Notes under the pieces: generated by a model
The model's input: only the letters and a program-made list of their open reading frames with translations
What the model was told of the DNA's origin: nothing
Databases searched by the model: none
Position numbers and translations under genes: made by a program
In this document: one piece after another, positions 1 to 7,695 of the stretch
How the letters are laid out: every line of letters begins with the position of its first letter
Numbering within the stretch: the first letter of the stretch is position 1
DNA from: Candidatus Anstonellales archaeon
GTDB taxonomy: Archaea; Micrarchaeota; Micrarchaeia; Anstonellales; J096
Length of the DNA stretch: 64,000 nt
Direction: 5' to 3'
Assembly (NCBI GenBank): GCA_038890745.1
Contig: JAWAFD010000002.1
Location: 163,327-227,326 of the forward strand

Positions 1-17
1 GTTTCACCGCATCACGC

Positions 18-434
18 TTCCACCCCCTATCTGTTTAGGATGTTTTGGAGGGTGGTTTGGCTGAAAATCCCACCCCCTGCATTAGACTAGGGGGTACTAT
101 TGCTTATCGCAGACCCCCTTACTCTACTACCCCCTTTCTTTTTCTAACCTCCTTGCTCCTAATAAGATAGGGGGTGGAAGAGGCAGGGGGTTTTAGAAAT
201 GCTTAAGTACCCCCTGGTCTCCCTTACTCTACTACCCCCCGAACCCAGGGGGGAAGTGTCCCCCCTAGGTTTGAGGCTCCTCCGTAACCCCCCTCATTTT
301 TGCTCGTATAAGATAGGGGGGTAGAAGCGTGAGGGGGGAATAAGAATATGCTTAAGTCCCCCCTTGGCTCCTGATAAGATAGGGGGTGGAAGAGGCAGGG
401 GGTCTAAGAAATAGTTTAAGTACCCCCTGGTCTC
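18..434. repeat. G5/C5-motif repeat array: three ~60-bp direct units (162-221, 308-370, 374-434), an inverted partial copy (18-32) and a 19-bp duplicate (116-134, 221-239)
   Basis: Read directly. The unit is ATAAGATAGGGGGTGGAAGAGGCAGGGGGT..TAAGAAAT..TTTAAGTACCCCCTGGTCTC. Units 1 and 3 are nearly identical and unit 2 is degenerate. GATAGGGGGTGGAAG recurs reverse-complemented at 18-32. CCCTTACTCTACTACCCCC occurs at 116-134 and 221-239. About 18 runs of >=5 G or C fall within ~430 bp of an otherwise AT-rich genome. Confidence 0.85.
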
Positions 435-479
435 ATGCAAATTTAAAAATCCTTTATACCATATTTTTTTGGTGGTTTG

Positions 480-785
480 ATGAAAATAGTTTTTGAGATA
501 AGCAAGGAAAGGTTTAAGGATGCGAAGAAAATATTAGAGGAAAACCCATATGCCGAGGATAGTTTTGCGAAAGCCGGATATATCCTAAAGGAAGGAAAAG
601 CACTTGGCGAAGATGAGAATTATTATGTTTACATTGATGCGAGCGAGGATTTCGTGGAGAAAGCAAAGGAAAAGCTAAAGGGTGTTGCGAAGCCAGCGGA
701 TAATAAAAAAGCAGAGAGAATAATAAAAAAGGTTGAGGATGAACAGAATTCAGCGGTGAGCGGATTCGGCTCCCTTTTCGGGTAA
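480..785 (+). CDS. small acidic protein with a ribosomal P-stalk-like C-terminal tail (..EDEQNSAVSGFGSLFG)
   Basis: ATG at 480 is preceded by GGTGG (471-475). The 101-aa product is K/E-rich and its last 8 residues, GFGSLFG, match the conserved stalk-protein tail (archaeal P1 ..GL(G/S)ALFG, eukaryotic ..GFGLFD). The N-terminal part does not resemble P1. Confidence 0.6.
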   Translation: MKIVFEISKERFKDAKKILEENPYAEDSFAKAGYILKEGKALGEDENYYVYIDASEDFVEKAKEKLKGVAKPADNKKAERIIKKVEDEQNSAVSGFGSLFG

Positions 786-789
786 TCGT

Positions 790-1287
790 ATGGATGGTGT
801 GGAAAAAGAAAACAAAAAAATAGCGAGCCGAGGTATTCCATCCGAACTATCTTTCTACCTTCCTCCATACAACAGCCCTGAGCTCAGAAAGTTTGAGGAT
901 GAAAACGAAGCTCCTACCCGTAACTTATGGCATCTTGATGAGATTGTTAATTTTATTTTTCCAAAAAAATACCAGCAGACATATAACGAGGTCGCGCTTA
1001 AATTTCTCGAGCTGCTTGCAAGTAAGGTTGAGGTTGAGGGAAAGGATATCTCAGAATTTTTGAGGCAGAACAGCATTTCAAAAGCAACATTCTACAATCG
1101 AGTTTTTCCAAAACTTAGAAAGTCAGGTTTGATAAAAGTTAGAAGGGAGACGATAACTGCAATAGAGAGCAAAAGGAAATACCGGCCTATGCATGTTTCA
1201 CTCAGCAAAACATTCGGAAATTATCTTAATAAAATAGGTGAGAGCTGGCTCGCAATAGTGGATGATGCAAGAACAAGAAAAAAATAG
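790..1287 (+). CDS. hypothetical protein, possible winged-helix DNA-binding domain
   Basis: 165-aa ORF starting 4 nt after the upstream stop. The segment ISEFLRQNSISKATFYNRVFPKLRKSGLIKV has a helix-turn-helix plus wing-like pattern. No family recognised. Confidence 0.5.
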   Translation: MDGVEKENKKIASRGIPSELSFYLPPYNSPELRKFEDENEAPTRNLWHLDEIVNFIFPKKYQQTYNEVALKFLELLASKVEVEGKDISEFLRQNSISKATFYNRVFPKLRKSGLIKVRRETITAIESKRKYRPMHVSLSKTFGNYLNKIGESWLAIVDDARTRKK

Positions 1288-1311
1288 GAGTAAGATAAAT
1301 ACTAACTATAA

Positions 1312-2919
1312 TTATTCAAAATCAAAAATTTTTTCCCTTTCCTCTTCTTTCTCCCTTATGCTTTTCGCAATCCTTTTCACTTTCCTTTCTGCATTTTCCT
1401 TAGCTGCCTTCAAGCCCTTTGTTTTCTCCTTCTCCCTTAGCTTCGCTGCGAGCTGTTTACTTTCTTTTATCAGCTCCCTTATGCGTGCCTTTGATGCGGC
1501 TATTCTTTCATCAATGTCCTGCTCAACCATCGTTGCCTGCTCCATCTCTGTTTCAAGCTTTTCAGCCATCCTGTCCAGCTCTTCAAGATATTTCTGTAGA
1601 TACTCAACTTCTGCGGCTTTTTTCACTTTCAGCATATCTGCCTCAGCACTTTTTATACTTGCCTCTATATCGCCCATCTTTGTTTCATAATCTTTTATAT
1701 AATCATGTATAACCTTCTCAACATTTTTAAGCTTCTCAAGGTCTGCAACGAGCGATCCGACCTCCATCATCCTTTTGTCAATAACAACCTTTGCCCCTTC
1801 TATCTTTTCGCTTAGGACATACCTTATCTCATTCAATTTTACAAGAAGCTCATTTGCAGCATCCATCTCCATCAGTATTTGCGCTTCCCGCTCTTTAAGA
1901 GCCTCCAGGCTTTTTTCAAGTTCTTTTTGTTTGTCCTCTATTTTTTTCGTTTTCTTCTCCAAATCCAGAACAATATCCATCTGGCTTTCAAGTTCCTCTT
2001 TGGCTGCCTTAAGGTCTTTTTCAAGCGCCATCTCTACCTCCTTTATCTCATTTTTTATTTTAGTTATCTCTGCTTCTATCATCTTTACAACTGCCTTCCC
2101 CTCCTTCTTTATTCCTACAATCGCTTTTACATAAGCATCAGCTTCGCTCACCTTTTCTGGTATTGAGATGAGCTTTTCTTTGAGCGATATTATCTCCTCC
2201 TCTATTGCCATTACTTTATCTGATATGTTCTCATAAAGCGCTTCTGCTTCCTTCTGACTTTTCAGGAGCCTTGTTCGGTATATCCCCTCCTTTTCTTCTT
2301 TAAGTTTTGCAATCTCAGTTCTAAGTTTTTCAATTTCTTTGAGATAGACATCGAGCTCCTCCCTCAGAGCTTTTATTTCCTTTTCTTCTTCAGTAGGCTC
2401 CCTCTCTACCTTTTCCTCCTCAATTTTTTCCTCCGCCTTTTCCTCCTCCACAACCTCTGGTTCAGTTGGCTCGGTTGGTGGTGCTGGCACAACAATTTTT
2501 TCTGGTTCTATTTTTGGAACAACTATCCTAACCGGTTCGATCCTTTCTACTTTCTTTTCCTCCTCTATTTTTTCTTCCTCGACTTTCTCAGCTGGCTTTG
2601 TTATTCCTTTGGCGATTTCCTCCTTTGGAACAACAATCTTTTCCTTTTTCTCTTCCATCTCAGCCATTTCAGGTTTTTCTTCAACCCTTTCCTCTGCTGT
2701 TTCAAGAAGCCATACCACATACACTTTTGTAAGTTTGTACTCGAGCTTCACAAATCCCTCTTCCTCAAGTACATGCACCCATTTTTTCAGAGTTCTTTTA
2801 TCCACGCCGGCTTCTGCTGCAAGCTCTTCCATCTCAACCCTTTTTTTCTTTGAAAGTATATTTACTATTTTATCCATTTCTGTACTTATAAGCGCATCAT
2901 CAGATGGCAAATTTATCAC
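1312..2919 (-). CDS. N-terminal winged-helix domain plus long E/K-rich coiled-coil protein
   Basis: 535-aa ORF. The N-terminus MDKIVNILSKKKRVEMEELAAEAGVDKRTLKKWVHVLEEEGFVKLEY is wHTH-like. It is followed by three KIVVP/RIVVP motifs and ~350 aa of heptad-like E/K/L/I sequence. The start is ambiguous: GTG at 2919 overlaps rpl10e by 20 nt, and the alternative is ATG at 2877. Confidence 0.75.
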   Translation of the reverse strand: MINLPSDDALISTEMDKIVNILSKKKRVEMEELAAEAGVDKRTLKKWVHVLEEEGFVKLEYKLTKVYVVWLLETAEERVEEKPEMAEMEEKKEKIVVPKEEIAKGITKPAEKVEEEKIEEEKKVERIEPVRIVVPKIEPEKIVVPAPPTEPTEPEVVEEEKAEEKIEEEKVEREPTEEEKEIKALREELDVYLKEIEKLRTEIAKLKEEKEGIYRTRLLKSQKEAEALYENISDKVMAIEEEIISLKEKLISIPEKVSEADAYVKAIVGIKKEGKAVVKMIEAEITKIKNEIKEVEMALEKDLKAAKEELESQMDIVLDLEKKTKKIEDKQKELEKSLEALKEREAQILMEMDAANELLVKLNEIRYVLSEKIEGAKVVIDKRMMEVGSLVADLEKLKNVEKVIHDYIKDYETKMGDIEASIKSAEADMLKVKKAAEVEYLQKYLEELDRMAEKLETEMEQATMVEQDIDERIAASKARIRELIKESKQLAAKLREKEKTKGLKAAKENAERKVKRIAKSIREKEEEREKIFDFE

Positions 2920-3433
2920 CTTCTTTCACAACTATTTTGAAAGTTCCGGTGAGCTTCCTGCTCGCCCTTTTCAGTGCCTCTTTTATGAGCGGAATGTTCT
3001 CTTTGTAAGAGTACACGGTCATTATCGGCTGGCCTTTCTTAACTTTCGCAGCTTTATCCACAGGCCTTCCAAAAGAGTTTCTCATTCCCTGCTGAATTCT
3101 GTCAGCTCCTGCGCCCGCAACCATTTTGTTCTCTCTTATTATATGATGCGGGAAAACCCTTACTCTGAAGAAATACCTCTCCGGGATTTTTTTCTCAAGA
3201 TACCCATTCGAGCTTTTCCTTGCGGCTTCGAGTGCGTTATCCCTATGGTAATACTCTTGCTCTGCTACGAGGTCTACCTGTACGTTGAAGTCATTCTGCC
3301 TTTTTCCCATCACAAAAGTGTGAATATCCTGGTGCGGAATGGCCTTTATGAAATTTTTCTTTTTTACTTTACTATGCCTTGTCCATGGCACTTTATCTGG
3401 ATCCCGTATTGTTCTTGCCGGTCTTATTCCCAT
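2900..3433 (-). CDS. rpl10e: 50S ribosomal protein uL16 (L10e)
   Basis: 177 aa. MGIRPARTIRDPDKVPWTRHS.., ..FRVRVFPHHIIRENKMVAGAGADRIQQGMRNSFGRP.. is the characteristic archaeal/eukaryotic L10e sequence. Confidence 0.92.
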   Translation of the reverse strand: MGIRPARTIRDPDKVPWTRHSKVKKKNFIKAIPHQDIHTFVMGKRQNDFNVQVDLVAEQEYYHRDNALEAARKSSNGYLEKKIPERYFFRVRVFPHHIIRENKMVAGAGADRIQQGMRNSFGRPVDKAAKVKKGQPIMTVYSYKENIPLIKEALKRASRKLTGTFKIVVKEGDKFAI

Positions 3434-3494
3434 ACTAGCACCTTTTTATCCATCGCCTTCCTTCTTTATTTTGTATCAATATAATATTTAAACC

Positions 3495-3866
3495 TTACTC
3501 TGTTTCGCAGATAACAAATCCCTCAGATGTTTTCTTTATCGTAATGTTCTCTCCTTCAGCAAACGCGTTCTTTTCCATCACAACTATTCCCTTTACTGGC
3601 CTACATTCTTCTATTACAACTGCGTTCTCAAAATCAAATATACTGAAACCTTTTGATGATGCGTTGTAAACACAATCGCCTTCGGCTTTTTCTATAGCTT
3701 TTATTTCATTTGCTCCGACGCTCGCGAAATAGCACATACCACCTCCTCCAGTATTTTCGGTTTCAACCTCGGCACCCTTCGCAACCTTCTCAACTATCGC
3801 AACTCCTATGAGAAGAAGGACAATCGCAAAAAAAATCAAAGCAACCTGCTCGTACGCAATCTCCAT
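3495..3866 (-). CDS. pilin-like protein (short N-terminal leader plus hydrophobic helix, small Cys-containing globular domain)
   Basis: MEIAYEQVALIFFAIVLLLIGVAIV.. It lies in one operon with three paralogous small proteins and the pilus ATPase/platform. It shares the Cys motif type (GDCVY / EECRPV). Confidence 0.55.
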   Translation of the reverse strand: MEIAYEQVALIFFAIVLLLIGVAIVEKVAKGAEVETENTGGGGMCYFASVGANEIKAIEKAEGDCVYNASSKGFSIFDFENAVVIEECRPVKGIVVMEKNAFAEGENITIKKTSEGFVICETE

Positions 3867-3875
3867 ACAACTCCC

Positions 3876-4259
3876 TTACCGTATGATCACAGTATCATCG
3901 CTCACCCTGTACCCTATTACAATCGTTCCGCTTATCTCCCTCTCAACTTCAGTAAAGTTGAGCTTGCCGGCAGCCCTCTTTACATCGTTCACATCCGCGC
4001 CAACAACAACATAACACTCTTCAACCTCTTTTTCCGGTGTGAGCTGATGCCACCGGTTGTAGCAGCTCTGCATCAGGCCGGAAAGCCCCTCCTCCCCTAT
4101 ATTTCCATGTATTATTTCTACTCCTTCTTTGGTTTTGTTCTGCTCGAACTGCTCGAAGGATATTTTCGAGAAAAGGGTGTTTATCACCCCTATTATCATC
4201 GCAAGAACTATAAGCGCAATCGCAAGCCTGATTAGGCTCTCAAAAGCAAGCTCAGCCAA
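3876..4259 (-). CDS. pilin-like protein
   Basis: MAELAFESLIRLAIALIVLAMIIGVI.. The N-terminal hydrophobic helix carries a Glu near its start. It has the EECYVVVG motif shared with neighbours and overlaps the upstream gene by 8 nt. Confidence 0.55.
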   Translation of the reverse strand: MAELAFESLIRLAIALIVLAMIIGVINTLFSKISFEQFEQNKTKEGVEIIHGNIGEEGLSGLMQSCYNRWHQLTPEKEVEECYVVVGADVNDVKRAAGKLNFTEVEREISGTIVIGYRVSDDTVIIR

Positions 4260-4653
4260 CTATCCTCACCCCTCCCTCCACCTTCTCTACTTTTATAACG
4301 CTCTTTCCATCAACGCTCGTAACATTCACCTGAAAGTTCAATCCAGCGCTTTCCAGCGCAGATCTTAGCGTTGCTTCGCTGAACCCATTTTCCTTATAAG
4401 CGACAAAACAAAGCCCGATTTCTTTTGAGTTGCAGCTTATGGCCATTGCGACAACATCCCCCTCTCCATTAACCTTTATGCTTTCCTGCTTCGGCTGGCA
4501 GGATGTTTCCCCTCCAAAAAGCCCGGCGAAAGAGGATGCCTCGCAGTACTGCTCCTCGCCCGCGCTTATTATTTTAGGTATGATGAGCAGCAGCGCCGCT
4601 AGGCTCAAAAGCGCAATCGTAATATACACAACACTCCTCAGCGCTATCTCCAT
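4252..4653 (-). CDS. pilin-like protein
   Basis: MEIALRSVVYITIALLSLAALLLIIPKI.. It contains a GLCFVAYKE motif and is syntenic with the other pilin-like ORFs. Confidence 0.55.
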   Translation of the reverse strand: MEIALRSVVYITIALLSLAALLLIIPKIISAGEEQYCEASSFAGLFGGETSCQPKQESIKVNGEGDVVAMAISCNSKEIGLCFVAYKENGFSEATLRSALESAGLNFQVNVTSVDGKSVIKVEKVEGGVRIVG

Positions 4654-4710
4654 GCTCCCACAGAATTCTTATTTTCTTTTCATTTTTAATTACAAACTTT
4701 ATATTTATAT

Positions 4711-5121
4711 TCATTTTGTTTTTGTTAGCTTCTCTTTTATTTTTTCCGCGACTTTGAGAATATGGTTTAAATCCTTATACACCCTCTCAAGAATTTCTTC
4801 ATCGAGCGCATGATAGCGATGTGCAACCATATTCCTAAACCCAACTGCGTTTATCATTATTTTTAAGTCTCTATCATCAATTACCCCGATCCTTCTCATG
4901 CTCTCAAATACTTCAAAGTATGTTGAAGCATATTGAGATGGGGTTTTTGCTAAGAAGAGTTCTGCAAGTTCTATTGTATAATTTACAACCTGAAATAATT
5001 CCATAGTTAACGCGGACGTTAAAATCTGATCAAACCTATTCTCTTTCCATTTACCATATACCTTTTTTGAGATTTCGGCGTGATATTTTATATCTTTCAT
5101 TATCATATCTATTTTACTCAT
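4711..5121 (-). CDS. hepT: HepT-like HEPN/DUF86 toxin
   Basis: 136 aa with the R-x4-H motif in GFRNMVAHRY. A 4-nt overlap (ATGA-type coupling) links it to the upstream nucleotidyltransferase gene. Confidence 0.8.
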   Translation of the reverse strand: MSKIDMIMKDIKYHAEISKKVYGKWKENRFDQILTSALTMELFQVVNYTIELAELFLAKTPSQYASTYFEVFESMRRIGVIDDRDLKIMINAVGFRNMVAHRYHALDEEILERVYKDLNHILKVAEKIKEKLTKTK

Positions 5122-5486
5122 TCTTTGGCCCCCTGAACCCGGTATAATCTTTCCATATCATGATACTCCATCATGCTTTTTGCTATAATCTCCTGAAGTT
5201 TTTTCATGTTTCTAACAAAAACAAGCCTACCTTCTTTTATCACACTAAACTTTATCTGTGGTGGGAATTTGTTAAAGACACCAACATCGATCGTTTCATT
5301 CTTATACCCATATATTTCCAAAACATGTTCTGGGTCTGTTTTTTTAAGCACAACGGCGACGTCAACATCCGATAGAGGATGCATTTTTTTTGTTTCATAT
5401 GAGCCAAAAACAAAAATGGCGAGAACATTATTTATTTTTTTGAGCCTGCTTATAATGTTTGCCAATTTTTCATCCAGCTTTTTCAT
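5118..5486 (-). CDS. mntA: MntA-like minimal nucleotidyltransferase antitoxin
   Basis: 122 aa. IFVFGSYETKKMHPLSDVDVAVVL fits the G-S-x(9-10)-D-x-D minimal NTase motif. It sits immediately upstream of the DUF86 gene. Confidence 0.8.
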   Translation of the reverse strand: MKKLDEKLANIISRLKKINNVLAIFVFGSYETKKMHPLSDVDVAVVLKKTDPEHVLEIYGYKNETIDVGVFNKFPPQIKFSVIKEGRLVFVRNMKKLQEIIAKSMMEYHDMERLYRVQGAKE

Positions 5487-5520
5487 ACCATCACATCTCT
5501 CTTATGCTTTGAAAAGTTTA

Positions 5521-5841
5521 TTAGCTTTTCCACGCGGTCACAACAATTGTTCCGTTTTCTCTCGCTATCTTTATATCTGTCGCTCCATCCTCCCAGTATT
5601 TTATGCTTATTCCATTCAATTCCAAAACGGTTTTGTTCACATTACCCATTTTCCCAACATAACATTCCTTCCATTCCCCGCTGCATTCCCTCGCAATTCT
5701 TAACACATCATCAGTGTTTACGTACTCTGTTGTCTGCAAAATTCCACCAGCTTTTGCGATAACAACAAAAATTAAAATTAGCACCGCGATCACAGCAATT
5801 GCTTCTATGAACAATGCCTCTCCGCCACCCTTTTTTGCCAT
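5521..5841 (-). CDS. pilin-like protein with class-III-type signal (MAKKGGGEALFIEAIAVIAVLILIFVVIA)
   Basis: A basic leader ends in Gly and is followed by a hydrophobic helix with Glu. It has the KECYVGK motif shared with the 3876-4259 product and is the first gene downstream of the platform gene. Confidence 0.6.
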   Translation of the reverse strand: MAKKGGGEALFIEAIAVIAVLILIFVVIAKAGGILQTTEYVNTDDVLRIARECSGEWKECYVGKMGNVNKTVLELNGISIKYWEDGATDIKIARENGTIVVTAWKS

Positions 5842-5871
5842 AGCAGCAATTTGTTCCTATCTCCTTAAAAA

Positions 5872-7695
5872 CTATATTGCAATCCCGGAGATCAGCAGAT
5901 TGAGTAAAGCCCATGAGGCAATGAGCGAAACAATATACACGGTGAAGCCCACAAAGATGTTTTTTGCAATAGTGTAAGCCCTTCCAACCTCATCATACCC
6001 CTGTTTTATTCCGCTCTCAAACATCCCCAGTATTATGAGCATCTCCAAAACATAAAATCCAATGATAAACTGCATATCAACAGATGAGAAAGCAGCACCC
6101 CCAAAGGAGAATATTCCAAACCCCTCAGCCCCGTGCGCCTTTTTGCTCATCACAATTATGAATTTTGCGATCAGGTCCCCAAATGCGACAGCCACGCCTC
6201 CTACAAGCGGCATGATGAATGTGCTCATCATGGAAACAGTGTTCGTTATTTCAGAAAGCATTTCGTTTACCCGCGCGTTGATTTCAAAGGTTCTGTCCAA
6301 ATACTCTGCTGCTTTTATTGTTGATGCTGCTGTCTGCCTTGGACCTTTCTCTGCACTTTCCGAAATCACGTAAAGAATGTCCGAGATCATCACGCTAGGG
6401 TACTCCTTTATTACACCCTCCCTTCCGAATATCGCTCCCTTCAAGGTTTTTCCTTCAATCTTAATTTTCTCTAAAATTTTCCCCCACAGATCCACAGCAC
6501 CCTTCCTTACTGTTCCTATCTTCCTTCCTTCCTCAACCATCATAGCGATTGCATTCTCTATCGGAATGTTCTGCCTTAGCACAACAGCCAGCTCCTTCAA
6601 GCTTGCCCTGAAATCCTTCTCCATCTCTGAGATTTTGCTCCTTATGTCCATAAGCCCATACGACCTTCCGAAATAATATATCCCTATTGCTATCGCGGCG
6701 ATGTACACGATAAATGCGCTTTCAAAAAGCCCAAAATTTAAGGCAATAACACCTAGCAAAAATGGAACAGAAATAATGAGAAATATTGCTGTCGCCGCAA
6801 TCGGGCTGAAAACATTTTCCCCAATCCTTATCCCTCCATACTTTTCCCTAATTTCTGGTGTGATATGAACGGCAAGCGTTCCTGGTCTTTTTGCCAAAAC
6901 AGTAGTGACATAATAGTATGCAACAAGCGGGATGGCTAAGTTAAAAACTATGAACAAAAGCGAGGGAGGAATCTCTCTCCCAAGGAATATCCCGATAATT
7001 GGAATCATTATCAGAAGCATCATCGGAAATAGCATAAGAAAAGAGAAGATAAGCTTGACCGGGTTGGATATTGCTTCAACATACCTCTGCATCTTTTCAT
7101 TCGTAGCTGAAAGCTGCAGACTTAGTCCTTTGTCTATTATATCCTCAAACCTAGCGCTCTGCTTTTCGCTTATGCTCATCTTCAAAAGCTCCAGCACTTT
7201 TATAAAAGTTTCATCTAGTTCTCTCAAAATTGAGGCGTGTTTGTCCAGCGCTCTCTCAACATTACTCTCCTCCCTCATCTCCACAGACCAGCTCACCTTC
7301 CTTAAGATATCACCCACGATTCCTTTTGCACTCTTTCCAGCAAACTTTACAGCGCCCTCTAAATTTCTGTTTATCCTGATGTATATTGCTAAAAGTAATG
7401 ATGCAAAAATTATTTCGTTCTGCGCTTCCATCACTACCTGCGTCGCTTCAACGCTTGCCTGGTTATATTTGTAATAAAATCCAAAAACAGCAATGAGAAT
7501 GGAAAGGAACGGAAACCCAAGGATGAGAAAAACAGGAAAAGAAACCACAAACGAAAATATCGCAAAAAGAACCGCTCCGTTCACAACCGCTTTAGGTTTT
7601 TTACCAATAATCCTGCACTCCCTTTCTATATTCTCTTCAAAAATAGTAAGCATCGGAGGAAGTTTTTCCCCAATAGCATAGAAAACATCCATCAA
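5872..7695 (-). CDS. polytopic membrane platform protein of a type IV pilus/archaellum-like system (FlaJ/TadC/PilC-like)
   Basis: 607 aa with two blocks of multiple TM helices separated by soluble helical segments. Its start overlaps the stop of the ATPase gene by 4 nt. The assignment rests on topology and synteny, not on motifs. Confidence 0.7.
   Translation of the reverse strand: MMDVFYAIGEKLPPMLTIFEENIERECRIIGKKPKAVVNGAVLFAIFSFVVSFPVFLILGFPFLSILIAVFGFYYKYNQASVEATQVVMEAQNEIIFASLLLAIYIRINRNLEGAVKFAGKSAKGIVGDILRKVSWSVEMREESNVERALDKHASILRELDETFIKVLELLKMSISEKQSARFEDIIDKGLSLQLSATNEKMQRYVEAISNPVKLIFSFLMLFPMMLLIMIPIIGIFLGREIPPSLLFIVFNLAIPLVAYYYVTTVLAKRPGTLAVHITPEIREKYGGIRIGENVFSPIAATAIFLIISVPFLLGVIALNFGLFESAFIVYIAAIAIGIYYFGRSYGLMDIRSKISEMEKDFRASLKELAVVLRQNIPIENAIAMMVEEGRKIGTVRKGAVDLWGKILEKIKIEGKTLKGAIFGREGVIKEYPSVMISDILYVISESAEKGPRQTAASTIKAAEYLDRTFEINARVNEMLSEITNTVSMMSTFIMPLVGGVAVAFGDLIAKFIIVMSKKAHGAEGFGIFSFGGAAFSSVDMQFIIGFYVLEMLIILGMFESGIKQGYDEVGRAYTIAKNIFVGFTVYIVSLIASWALLNLLISGIAI

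Noticed and set aside
1-440. Possible CRISPR array formed by the repeated G-rich units
   Set aside because: There are only three full units, with irregular spacing (146 and 66 bp between starts). The units are ~60 bp with internal inverted repeats, one copy is degenerate, and there is no spacer-like regularity. No cas genes are in the window.
1262-3484. Long S/F/L-rich ORFs on the plus strand (1262-1690, 1419-1712, 1775-2134, 1879-2166, 2609-3484)
   Set aside because: They are the antisense frames of the E/K-rich coiled-coil gene and of rpl10e. Their translations are low-complexity with no start signals. The same applies to antisense ORFs opposite the ATPase, the platform gene and the 12.6-14.6-kb coiled-coil genes.
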